From positions 32,001-96,000 of the forward strand of contig CAVWIG010000024.1 of assembly GCA_963754945.1 (NCBI GenBank): 64,000 nucleotides of DNA, given 5' to 3'. The translations under genes were made by a program, and so were the position numbers. Of this stretch, positions 1 through 9,200 are shown piece after piece. The notes beneath the pieces were generated by a model, which worked only from the letters and a program-made list of their open reading frames with translations, searched no databases and was not told the origin of the DNA. The DNA comes from Methanotrichaceae archaeon (GTDB lineage: Archaea > Halobacteriota > Methanosarcinia > Methanotrichales > Methanotrichaceae). Numbering within the stretch: the first letter of the stretch is position 1; every line of letters begins with the position of its first letter.

Positions 1-100
1 AAATAAAAGGAATTTAGGCCGGAAAAACGCCGTTGAACCATAATGATGGTCTGTACCAAAATAAAACGTTTCTAATTGTTGTGCGAGCCTGACACGACCA

Positions 101-132
101 TTCGTTCGGTCATATATTCATATATCGTTCAA
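101..132 (+). promoter_or_regulatory. Shared promoter motif copy A (TTCGTTCGG-N11-TATATCGTTCAA overlapping a TATA-like box)
   Basis: Same two half-sites at identical spacing recur at 3179-3210 and 6181-6212. Confidence 0.65.
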
Positions 133-432
133 GAGAAAAGGATGGTTGAGGACGATTCCTTCACATAAAACAAGAATAATCGTTCTTTAACAGAGATAAA
201 TAAACCATGAAATCGCTAATAAAGTCTTTGGCATTTGGTATGCTTTGTGAAGAAGCTGTGTTGCAAAGGAGAAGAGAGGCCAAAAAGGTTAAAGGTAGAG
301 CCAGAGATACCTAGAAGCGAGGCAACCACGATTCCATACAGAAGATCTACAATGAACTCCTTATTTATTGGAATAGGCTGCTAACTTCAATAGTCCTCCT
401 TCAATGCAATTAACAGGCAATTGGGTTTGAAG

Positions 433-1050
433 ATGAGATCAATAAGAAAAATTCTATTCATTGGGCTGACAGCCTTATGGCTGATGTACTTGATAGGAAA
501 CAGCTTTGCTCAGACTCCAGAGATTGGAGATAGGGCACATAAAGAACTTGCTCAGAGTAATGTTCCTTTCGTCAAGCCTATCGGGATGATGGAAGGTGCG
601 CCTGAAGGAATAATTTTTCACCATTGGCGAGGTTTTGCCTTAAAAGGGAATGAATCCTACCCCCTGAGGATCAGCATCGAGAGCGTGAGGCCTGTTGAGC
701 CAGTGAGTGTTAGAAAACTCCTGGCGTCAAATATGACCATTGAGGAAGTTAGTAAGAAGATTTTGGACCAGGAAGGAAATACGACTTACCGGGGCCATAT
801 CATGTTGCAAGATAGCCCATATCAGCTTATCAACATCAAAATGACATTCGCAAAGAACAACTTAACCCTGAACGCTGATGTGATTGCGTCCCAAAATAGT
901 GCTGCCCCCAGCAATACCACAATGATTCTAGGACAACTCAGGGTAGACACCACTAGCCAAGAGGGCGCAAAGAAAAGCCAAGGTGTGCTTATCATCAATG
1001 ACGGATTGCATAGTGGTGGCTACCAGGTATTACTCAACATGGTTCATTGA
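433..1050 (+). CDS. Secreted hypothetical protein
   Basis: ORF with basic N-terminus, hydrophobic core and SFA cleavage-like site; ATG at 433 preferred over TTG 421. Confidence 0.7.
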   Translation: MRSIRKILFIGLTALWLMYLIGNSFAQTPEIGDRAHKELAQSNVPFVKPIGMMEGAPEGIIFHHWRGFALKGNESYPLRISIESVRPVEPVSVRKLLASNMTIEEVSKKILDQEGNTTYRGHIMLQDSPYQLINIKMTFAKNNLTLNADVIASQNSAAPSNTTMILGQLRVDTTSQEGAKKSQGVLIINDGLHSGGYQVLLNMVH

Positions 1051-1434
1051 GCATGCAAGAGCGGAGTAAAACAACCATCCTGCTTAGGGATGTAACTCTC
1101 GTTTATCTCGCTTTCGGATGCACTACAGTAAAACATCCTCAAGAGATGGTTTTTGGGAGAAGATCAAGCGAGAATTAAACGGATTATCAAGTGCAGATCA
1201 TGACCTTGGTATTGAAGTAATACGTTGGGGAGTCTATATAGCCGATCGGGAGCAAAACTGTAGCTGAAGACGTTACGCCCATGTGAAGTTGCCCGATACG
1301 GAGTTTATCCTTCGTTTCTTAAAGCGGACCGGTTCGAGTTCCTCCATGAGTCTTGCGTGGAGAATTACCTGCGAAATCATCGTTTGCTTTTCGGTGCACG
1401 GATCTTGCCCATATGGTTGTCCTTATTTCTGATA

Positions 1435-2487
1435 TCAATCGCATTCGCAACTTTCGTTTGAGTAAATATAATATCTGAGCGGGTTTGAAGCTGAGGTATC
1501 ATCCTGGTCCGCAGTCCTCACATGGATTTTGTCCATGAGAGCGATATCTCTGTTTCTGGTTAGTGTGATCGGATTGTCCTTGTTGTCCATTATGATGGTC
1601 ATCGCGTTCGGATCGACTAGCCTTATGGACATCTTTTCATACTGCTGGCCAGTTGTTATGGTTGTTGGTGTGTCTGATATCTGAAATATCCCATCAATAG
1701 TGGCGACGTTGCTGTGAGAACTGCTGAATACGCTCTTGAAGTGGACAGCAATGATAACTATGCCCTTTAAGTCACCCAGGTCTTTCTTGTAGTAGTAAGT
1801 CTGGTCACCCATGTTGGCATTTTCTATTGAAGGCTGAATGACCTTGTTATCGACGATTTTGCCATTCTTGCTGAGTTCCAGATAAACCTTCTTGCTATCG
1901 GAATCTATAGCCTTGATAGAGAGATTATAGCCTTCATCCAGCTCCAAGGGGCTTGACGAGTCGAATGTCTTTTCAGTATTGTCATCGTTCAAGATCTCAC
2001 TGATCAGCTCGTCAGTCATTAGGTTCCTTTTCTCGGACTTATCGTATAGGAACGGAACTGACTGGCTGGTGGCACTCAAATCCCATGTTACGTTGCTGTC
2101 ATACGCCGCAAAGTAATCCTCGCCGAGGAAACCAATCTCATCATACTGACCCCATGGCCCAAAACTAAAATCAATAGGTATTGCCTCTGTGGTATAGACT
2201 ATGCCCCTGTTGCCATTGGTATCTGGTTCATCGCTGAGAGTAGCGCTAGCCTTGTCTTGAGCTATATTAGATAGCCTGAAAGTTAGATTTTCAGTGCCAA
2301 TGTCCTCACCAATATCATAGTAGAAGCCTGGAAATGTGTAGCTATCCCAAGTGACCCTTTTCTCTCCAAGGTCATGAACATCGCTTCGGACATCAATTCC
2401 TTGTGCTTGAGATAAAATCGACATAGTGAGTAAAATAATTATTGTGTAGATGCAGATTAGAGCTATATTTCTATTTTTATCTATCAT
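1435..2487 (-). CDS. S-layer family duplication domain protein (Methanosarcinales type), single domain
   Basis: Signal peptide; motifs W...TFPGFYYDI..DIGTENL, IGFLGEDYFAAY, LELDEGYNLSIKAID, KVYLELSKNGKIVD, IDGIFQISD typical of this family. Confidence 0.85.
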   Translation of the reverse strand: MIDKNRNIALICIYTIIILLTMSILSQAQGIDVRSDVHDLGEKRVTWDSYTFPGFYYDIGEDIGTENLTFRLSNIAQDKASATLSDEPDTNGNRGIVYTTEAIPIDFSFGPWGQYDEIGFLGEDYFAAYDSNVTWDLSATSQSVPFLYDKSEKRNLMTDELISEILNDDNTEKTFDSSSPLELDEGYNLSIKAIDSDSKKVYLELSKNGKIVDNKVIQPSIENANMGDQTYYYKKDLGDLKGIVIIAVHFKSVFSSSHSNVATIDGIFQISDTPTTITTGQQYEKMSIRLVDPNAMTIIMDNKDNPITLTRNRDIALMDKIHVRTADQDDTSASNPLRYYIYSNESCECD

Positions 2488-2904
2488 TTAGATCCTTTTC
2501 AAATGATGTATCTTCCTTTAAGCGTAATTACTGAACGGAATCTCCAATCCATATTGTATCTTCTCCAATATAAGAATGTATGATTATATGACGTCTTCCC
2601 GATCGCTTAAGAAAAGATATTTTGGAACGTAGTAGCTCAAGAGAAGCCTCCTATAGATTACAGCATTGTATTCGATATCGTAATTGGTGATACGCCATGC
2701 CGAAAATAGCCTGTGGGACCAAGAGGTAGTTCCAGGATCAAATAAGTTCGCGAAGTCAAAGAACTTGAATATGAATCTAAAAAGATATCATTATTGGCGT
2801 AAGATGGCCGAATAATTGACATTAATTCTTGCTTATTTTTCCATGAAAATGTCGCCTATGATATCGATTTCATTCTCCATGTATGATTCACTGAATCATG
2901 AGGG

Positions 2905-3050
2905 TTTAAACGTAATACCCCGCAGCTTGCTGCGGCTGGGATAAGGATTATAATCAACCTAAGGATGCTTCAGCTTTCATAGAGCATTTTTATGCGTCGG
3001 CGGAATCATGCCCCTTGCTTGCAGCTGGGTCCGCCGACGCAACGTTTGAC
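2905..3050. mobile_element. Non-autonomous IS200/IS605-like hairpin element (MITE/PATE), copy 1
   Basis: Sub-terminal hairpin CCGCAGC-TT-GCTGCGG, second stem TGCGTCGGCGGA...TCCGCCGACGCA, end TTGAC; similar copy at 38164-38314; no TSD. Confidence 0.7.
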
Positions 3051-3178
3051 TCTCCTGTGAAACGGGATTTTGGATCGGTTTATACCAAACTGAACTATTA
3101 TGAAGGTTTAAATGATTTTCCGAACAGTTTTATTGACATAATTCACTGTTCGCGCTGGTCTTATACGGTTCGTTCGGG

Positions 3179-3210
3179 TTCGTTCTGCTCTATCTTTTTA
3201 TATCGTTCAA
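3179..3210 (+). promoter_or_regulatory. Shared promoter motif copy B, with an extra TTCGTTCGG half-site at 3169
   Basis: TTCGTTCTG-N11-TATATCGTTCAA with TTTTATAT inside; GGAGGT SD at 3261 precedes ATG 3274. Confidence 0.65.
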
Positions 3211-3273
3211 AAGAATGAATTGCTGGATCACTCTTGCAACTAGAGTTGATCTTGAAAAGTGGAGGTATAATCA

Positions 3274-4083
3274 ATGAATTACGTTAGATATCTAGTGGTA
3301 TTGATAGCCGCATTCTCTCTCATGATACCGGCATTTTCGATGCCAGACGATGGACACTCAACAGGATGCTCAGATAACCAACAAAAAACTTTTGACAACC
3401 AGAATTCCATGATGGGACCCGATGGTCAACAGCAGATTGGCCCCAAGTCCATGATGGGGAATGATGGCAAAAAAATAGTATGCCTAACCATATGCAAAGT
3501 CATAGGTCAGGATGGACAAGAGAACGCTGCCCCCAGATCCATGATGGGTGAGAACGGACAGGATGTCAAGGACAAGACTTGCGGCTGTCAGAACTCAGTG
3601 AAAGGAGATCAGGGACAAGACGGCCAGCAGAAGACATGCGGTTGCCAGGCTGGACAAGAGAACGCTGCCCCCAGATCCATGATGGGTGAGAACGGACAGG
3701 ATGTCAAGGACAAGACTTGCGGCTGTCAGAACTCAGTGAAAGGAGATCAGGGACAAGACGGCCAGCAGAAGACATGCGGTTGCCAGGCTGGACAAGAGAA
3801 CGCTGCCCCCAGATCCATGATGGGTGAGAACGGACAGGATGTCAAGGACAAGACTTGCGGCTGTCAGAACTCAGTGAAAGGAGATCAGGGACAAGACGGC
3901 CAGCAGAACTCATCGAATGACGGCCAACAGAAGACATGCAGTTGTCAGAACTCAGTGAGTGGAGATCAGGGACAAGACGGCCAGCAGAACTCATGGAATC
4001 ACGGCCAACAGAAGACAAGCCATGAGTCTATGAAGGGTCAAGACGGTCAGCAAAACTCATGGAATGATAGCCAGAACCAATGA
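3274..4083 (+). CDS. Secreted Gln/Gly/Cys-rich repeat protein with TCGCQ motifs
   Basis: Signal peptide, SD, low-complexity repeats, five TCGCQ plus one TCSCQ. Confidence 0.8.
   Translation: MNYVRYLVVLIAAFSLMIPAFSMPDDGHSTGCSDNQQKTFDNQNSMMGPDGQQQIGPKSMMGNDGKKIVCLTICKVIGQDGQENAAPRSMMGENGQDVKDKTCGCQNSVKGDQGQDGQQKTCGCQAGQENAAPRSMMGENGQDVKDKTCGCQNSVKGDQGQDGQQKTCGCQAGQENAAPRSMMGENGQDVKDKTCGCQNSVKGDQGQDGQQNSSNDGQQKTCSCQNSVSGDQGQDGQQNSWNHGQQKTSHESMKGQDGQQNSWNDSQNQ
3514..3908 (+). repeat. 138-bp (46-aa) tandem repeat, about 2.9 copies
   Basis: Units start at 3514, 3652 and 3790 and appear identical at nucleotide level. Confidence 0.95.
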
Positions 4084-4340
4084 AGGAAATAGCGCATTTA
4101 CCGAGTAGAAAGGACTTGAAGCGGTCAGGATATTTCTTTCCTGACCAAATCCCTTTTAAAATCAATTTGTCTGTGATAGAGTGAATATGATTGGAGGAAG
4201 ATTCTGTCAGTACCATAAAACTCTCACATCAAGAGTCTCTCTGGTTCTGCTCCGTACTCATGCTGAGGTTCGACGCGTTTTTATTCAATGAACATCTAGC
4301 ATAAAGTACAGATCTAAATATCGAATGGAGGAAATCAAAT

Positions 4341-5816
4341 ATGAAAAAAAACTATTGTCTGGCAGTGCTGATATTTCTAATAATCAGTAGCATGGCATTA
4401 ACTGCATCAGCGGACTCAACAAAAAATACAGCTCCAATGAATTATCCTTCAGAGGCGAATTCACGAGGATATGAAGCGAATCAAGGAACATCAGATCAAC
4501 TGCAAACTACTTTGACTCTTTTTGTCCTGGATGGGGGCGTAAATGGCCCGGTGCTTCCTGGAGCGACGGTCACTGCATATGATGCGTCTGGTAGCAGTTT
4601 TAATGGAATAACCGACTCAAAAGGATCCGTTAGCATCAGCGGAAAACCAGGAAACTGGCGATTTACAATTTCAAAAGAGGGCTATGAAACCGTTAACTCG
4701 AATTACGACGTCACCGAAACGCATACAGCTGCGACTTATCTAAAGAAAAATCCACTGCCTCAAGAAACGGTCGCTCTGACAATCTATGTTCACGACGGGA
4801 ACCTCACGGGACCTCAACTCCCTGGTGTACATGTCTCCGGCCAGGACGCATCAGGTAACGGCTTTAACCAGCTAACCAACGCGGATGGATCTGTAGTAAT
4901 TAATGGACAGCCTGGAACCTGGCAGTTTATGTTCGCGAAGGACGGCTACAACCCGGTTAGCCTGAATTACAGTGTGACTGCGACCCAAACAACTGCAGCT
5001 TATCTCCAGAGGAATCCACAGACTCAAGAAACAGTTGCACTAACAATCTATGTTCATGACGGGAACCTAACAGGACCTCAGCTTCCTGGTGTACAGGTCA
5101 CCGGTCAAGACGCTTCGGGTAATGGCTTTAGCCAGCTGACCAACGCGGATGGATCTGTAGTAATTAATGGACAGCCTGGAACCTGGCAGCTAACGTTCTC
5201 GAAGGATGGATATAAACCGGTCAGCCTGAATTTTAGTATGGCAGGGACGCAAACAACTGCGGCTTATCTCCAGAGAATTGCACAGACTCAAGAAACGGTT
5301 GCGCTAACAATCTATGTTCACGACGGGAACCTGACCGGACCCCAGCTTCCTGGTGTACAGGTCACCGGCCAGGACTTTTCGGGCAATGGCTTCAACCAGC
5401 TGACGAATTCGGATGGATCTGCGACCATCAACGGACAGCCTGGAACCTGGCAGTTCATGTTCTCGAAGGATGGCTATAAACCGGTTAGCCTGAATTACAA
5501 TGTGACAGCGACCCAAGCAACTGCAGCTTATCTCCAGAAAAATCCACAGACTCAAGAACAGGTTGCTCTGACCATTTATGTTCACGACGGGAACCTAACA
5601 GGACCTCAGCTTCCCGGTGTCCAGGTCTCCGGCCAAGACGCATCCGGTAATGGCTTTAGCCAGCTGACCAACGCGGATGGATCTGTGATCATCAACGGAC
5701 AGCCTGGAACCTGGCAGTTCACATTCTCGAAGGATGGCTACAACCCTGTTAGCCTGAATTACAATGTGACAGCGACTCAAGCAACTGCAGCTTATCTCCA
5801 GAGTATTACAGCCTAA
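4341..5816 (+). CDS. Secreted protein of five about 88-aa beta-sandwich repeats (carboxypeptidase-regulatory/PEGA-like)
   Basis: Signal peptide; repeats LTIYVHDG..GPQLPGV.V...TNADGSV.ING.PGTW.F.FSKDGY; 264-bp periodicity. Confidence 0.8.
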   Translation: MKKNYCLAVLIFLIISSMALTASADSTKNTAPMNYPSEANSRGYEANQGTSDQLQTTLTLFVLDGGVNGPVLPGATVTAYDASGSSFNGITDSKGSVSISGKPGNWRFTISKEGYETVNSNYDVTETHTAATYLKKNPLPQETVALTIYVHDGNLTGPQLPGVHVSGQDASGNGFNQLTNADGSVVINGQPGTWQFMFAKDGYNPVSLNYSVTATQTTAAYLQRNPQTQETVALTIYVHDGNLTGPQLPGVQVTGQDASGNGFSQLTNADGSVVINGQPGTWQLTFSKDGYKPVSLNFSMAGTQTTAAYLQRIAQTQETVALTIYVHDGNLTGPQLPGVQVTGQDFSGNGFNQLTNSDGSATINGQPGTWQFMFSKDGYKPVSLNYNVTATQATAAYLQKNPQTQEQVALTIYVHDGNLTGPQLPGVQVSGQDASGNGFSQLTNADGSVIINGQPGTWQFTFSKDGYNPVSLNYNVTATQATAAYLQSITA

Positions 5817-6180
5817 AAACCTATTTTATTTTTTTGATATTCTCGAATTTTCAACATATTACTGTCATCTTTGGTGATGAATGTGTCATCCATATATGCC
5901 ATTCACGACTCTCGGTGTATATTTTTGATGTTGTACATCCACTTTTCTGACCATTCCGACTTCAGAAGCTTATCCTTTCTCAGATTAATGCCTGAGGGAT
6001 GCTTGCGAAAATTCTCAATCTAACCGCTTAAACAGAACCGAATAGCTACCAGGAGTTGTTAATAAGTAAAATAACGTAAATTAAGGCAAATAGCTAAAAA
6101 CAGAACTGTTTTATTAGTTTAAATTAAAAATCGAACATTATTAAACAATTATTAGCACTTCTAAAAAACAAGTTTAATAG

Positions 6181-6212
6181 TTCGTTCGGTCCAGGTTATA
6201 AATATCGTTCAA
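6181..6212 (+). promoter_or_regulatory. Shared promoter motif copy C; TATA TTATAAAT at 6196-6203 implies a near-leaderless NRPS mRNA
   Basis: TTCGTTCGG-N11-AATATCGTTCAA; ATG at 6228 lies about 24 nt after the TATA box. Confidence 0.65.
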
Positions 6213-6227
6213 TTGGGTTCATATATA

Positions 6228-9200
6228 ATGTTTGAAAAGAGGGCTCAGAGTTTATCGATTCCAAACACTCAAGTAAAGCCTGCCATGTTGCAGCAGTTGT
6301 TCGAAAGAACAGCCGATACAATGCCAGATCGCATCGCAGTCATCTGTGAAGGAAAGGAATACACCTACTTAGAACTGGAACACTACGCAAACCGCATTGC
6401 TCATTACTTGAGCGAAAGAGGTGTTAAGTTTGGGAACCGTGTTGGTATCCTGTTGAAGCGCTCGATCGAGACTTATGCCGCGATAATCGCTGTTCTGAAA
6501 CTCGGCGCTGCGTATGTTCCACTTGATACAAGCTTTCCCAGTGACCGCATTCGTTTTATTGCTGAGGATGCTGAGTTTAGCATGCTGATTTCGACCGAAT
6601 CGATCTCAGCCCGAAAGGCTGCGAACAAAAGCCCTCAGGTGCTTTTGGATCGTGAAAAGGCAGTAATTGCATCGCAACCTGGTAGTCGTCCCGAGATTGC
6701 CCTTTCCGGCCAGCCCGAAAGGGAGCTTTGCTACATTATTTACACTTCTGGCTCCACTGGCAGGCCGAAGGGTGTAGAGGTCGAGCATCGAAGTGTAGTC
6801 AATTTGATCAACGTCGTGACCGAGATCTACGGTATCAAGCCTGAAGACCGTGTTTTTCAAGGAATCACTATTGCTTTTGACTTTTCGGTCGAAGAGATCT
6901 GGATGGCATTCAATGCAGGCGCGACACTAATTGCTGGTCCAGCAGAAAAGGGGAGCTGCGTCGGCAACGAACTCGCCCGTTTTCTCATCGAGCAGCGTGT
7001 GACCGTTCTAGGCGCCGTGCCGACCATGCTTTCGTCGATCGATAAAGACATCCCAAGCCTCAGGCTGATTGAAGTCGGCGGTGAGCCGTGCCCTCAGAAC
7101 TTGGTTGACCGCTGGGCAAAGCCAGGACGACGCTTCCTCAACACTTACGGCCCAACTGAAACTACTATCACAGCGACCTGGGCAGAGCTGGAACCGGGAA
7201 AGCCTGTAACGATTGGACGACCGTTGCCGAGCTATAAGGTGCTTATCGCTGACGAAGCAGGTCGGAGAGTGCCCAATGGCGAGATCGGCGAGATCTATAT
7301 CGGAGGAGTGGGTGTCGCCCGAGGGTATGTCAAACGACCCGATATAACCGCCGAGCGCTTCATACCGGATCCAGACGCAGAACCAGGATATGCAAGGCTC
7401 TATCGGACCGGCGACCTTGGACGCTACACAGAGGCCGGTGAGATCGAATATCATGGGAGGGCAGATCTACAGGTAAAGCTGCGCGGCTACCGCATTGAGT
7501 TATCGGAGATCGAATCGGTAATCTTGAAGTCCGACGACGTTCAGGCGGCTGCAGTGGCAGTGATGCCATCTCCTGATGGAATCGAGGAGCTTGTCGCCTA
7601 CGTAACTCCAAAACTCGGCCACAACGTCGATCCTGCGAAGCTCCATGATCTGCTTCACTACTACATGCCACCCTACATGGTACCGGCTTATATAGAGTTG
7701 ATCAATGCACTCCCCGTCCTTCCCAGCGGCAAGATCGACCGCAAGGCCCTGCCCAAGCCTGGTTTGACCCGCCTGGGTTCTAACAAGCCATTCGTCGCTA
7801 CCAGAGGAGAGGTTGAAACCCATATCTCTGAAGTCTGGAGCAATGTCCTGAGGCTGCCGCAGATTTCAGCGACCGACGACTTCTTCCGTGACCTCGGCGG
7901 TCACTCGCTTTTCGCAGCCTTTGTGGTCTCGAAGCTGAGGGAGAATCCGGCGTTCGTGCATTTGAGCATGGCCGATTTCTATGCTAACCCGACTGTGCAG
8001 AAGCTCGCAAGGCTAGGTACTGCTGCTGAAGACCCCAATGGAATCTCGATTGTCGAACAGCCTAAAAAAACTACGTTCAAAGCACGTGCGTCGAAGAGGC
8101 TCGTAGCCGCTCAATCCTTATCTCTGTACTTGATGTTTGGCATTCCTGGCCTGATGATGATCCTCTGGCTGTATCTGTCTCAGAGGCTGACCGGAGGCGA
8201 TACCCTACTGAACTACGTGTTTATTGGGCTGCTTTTGTACTTGCTCTATATTCCCGCCTCAGTTGCTGTCGCAGTCGTCGCGAAACGGTTGCTGATAGGC
8301 CGGTTTAAACCAGGCGTGCATCCGCTGTGGGGTGATGCTTATCTGCGCTGGTGGCTGGTAAACCTAGCACAAAGGTTCGTGCCGGTGTCCATGTTTGTGG
8401 GCACTCCACTGATGGTCTGGTATTGCCGCCTGATGGGCGCAAGGATCGGCAAGGATTGCTACATCGGCACTGGTCTCGTTTCCTGCCATGACTTGATCTG
8501 CCTAGGCGATGGCACCAGCGTCGGCAACGGTAGCTACTTGTTGGGTTACTCCGTAACGTCTGGCAGCATCGAGTTCGGCACAATCGACATCGGTAGCGAC
8601 TGTTACATAGGAGCCAACAGCGTGCTCGGCATCAACACCATAATGGGCGATGGCGCAATGCTTCTCGAACAATCTCAGCTTGCCCATGGAAGCATGCTGT
8701 CGCCCAGCTATGTCGCTAACGGTTCACCAGCACGTTCTCGACCAATCGATCAGGCTCCCCCGTTCGTTGTGCCCGTAACGCAAGGCAGGCAACGTGTGTC
8801 GGAACGGATGTTGATTGCGGGATTCCTGGTTTCAGGCATGTTATTTCTGCCGCTTGTGCCGCTCTTGGCTGGGATACCCGGAGTTCTATTCGATTGGTGG
8901 CTGATCACGAACTATCCGGGAAATGTCTGGACCTGGGTCGTCGGCCTGATTTTAGCTGGCGCCATGTTCGTCTCATCCCTATGCATACTCGTTACTGGTT
9001 GCAAGCGGCTAATACTGCCAGATGTCAAGCCGGGCGGATACCCGTTGCAATCCACTTTCTACCTGCGCAAGTGGACGGTCGACGCGCTCGTGGGATTGAC
9101 CCTGATGCTCAATAATGCGCAGTATGGGACGCTTTACATAGCCCCCTTCTTGCGTATGCTCGGAGCTAAGATTGGTGTGCGCGGCGAAATCTCGACAGTT

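Noticed and set aside
1320-1350. GGTTCGAG resembling a tRNA T-loop
   Set aside because: Flanks do not form a T stem or cloverleaf
3015-3218. 67-aa ORF in the track
   Set aside because: Starts inside the hairpin element and runs through promoter B; no protein features
3514-3908. Possible CRISPR array (also considered 12025-12157 and 34364-34421)
   Set aside because: Contiguous in-frame coding repeats with no unique spacers; no cas genes in the window
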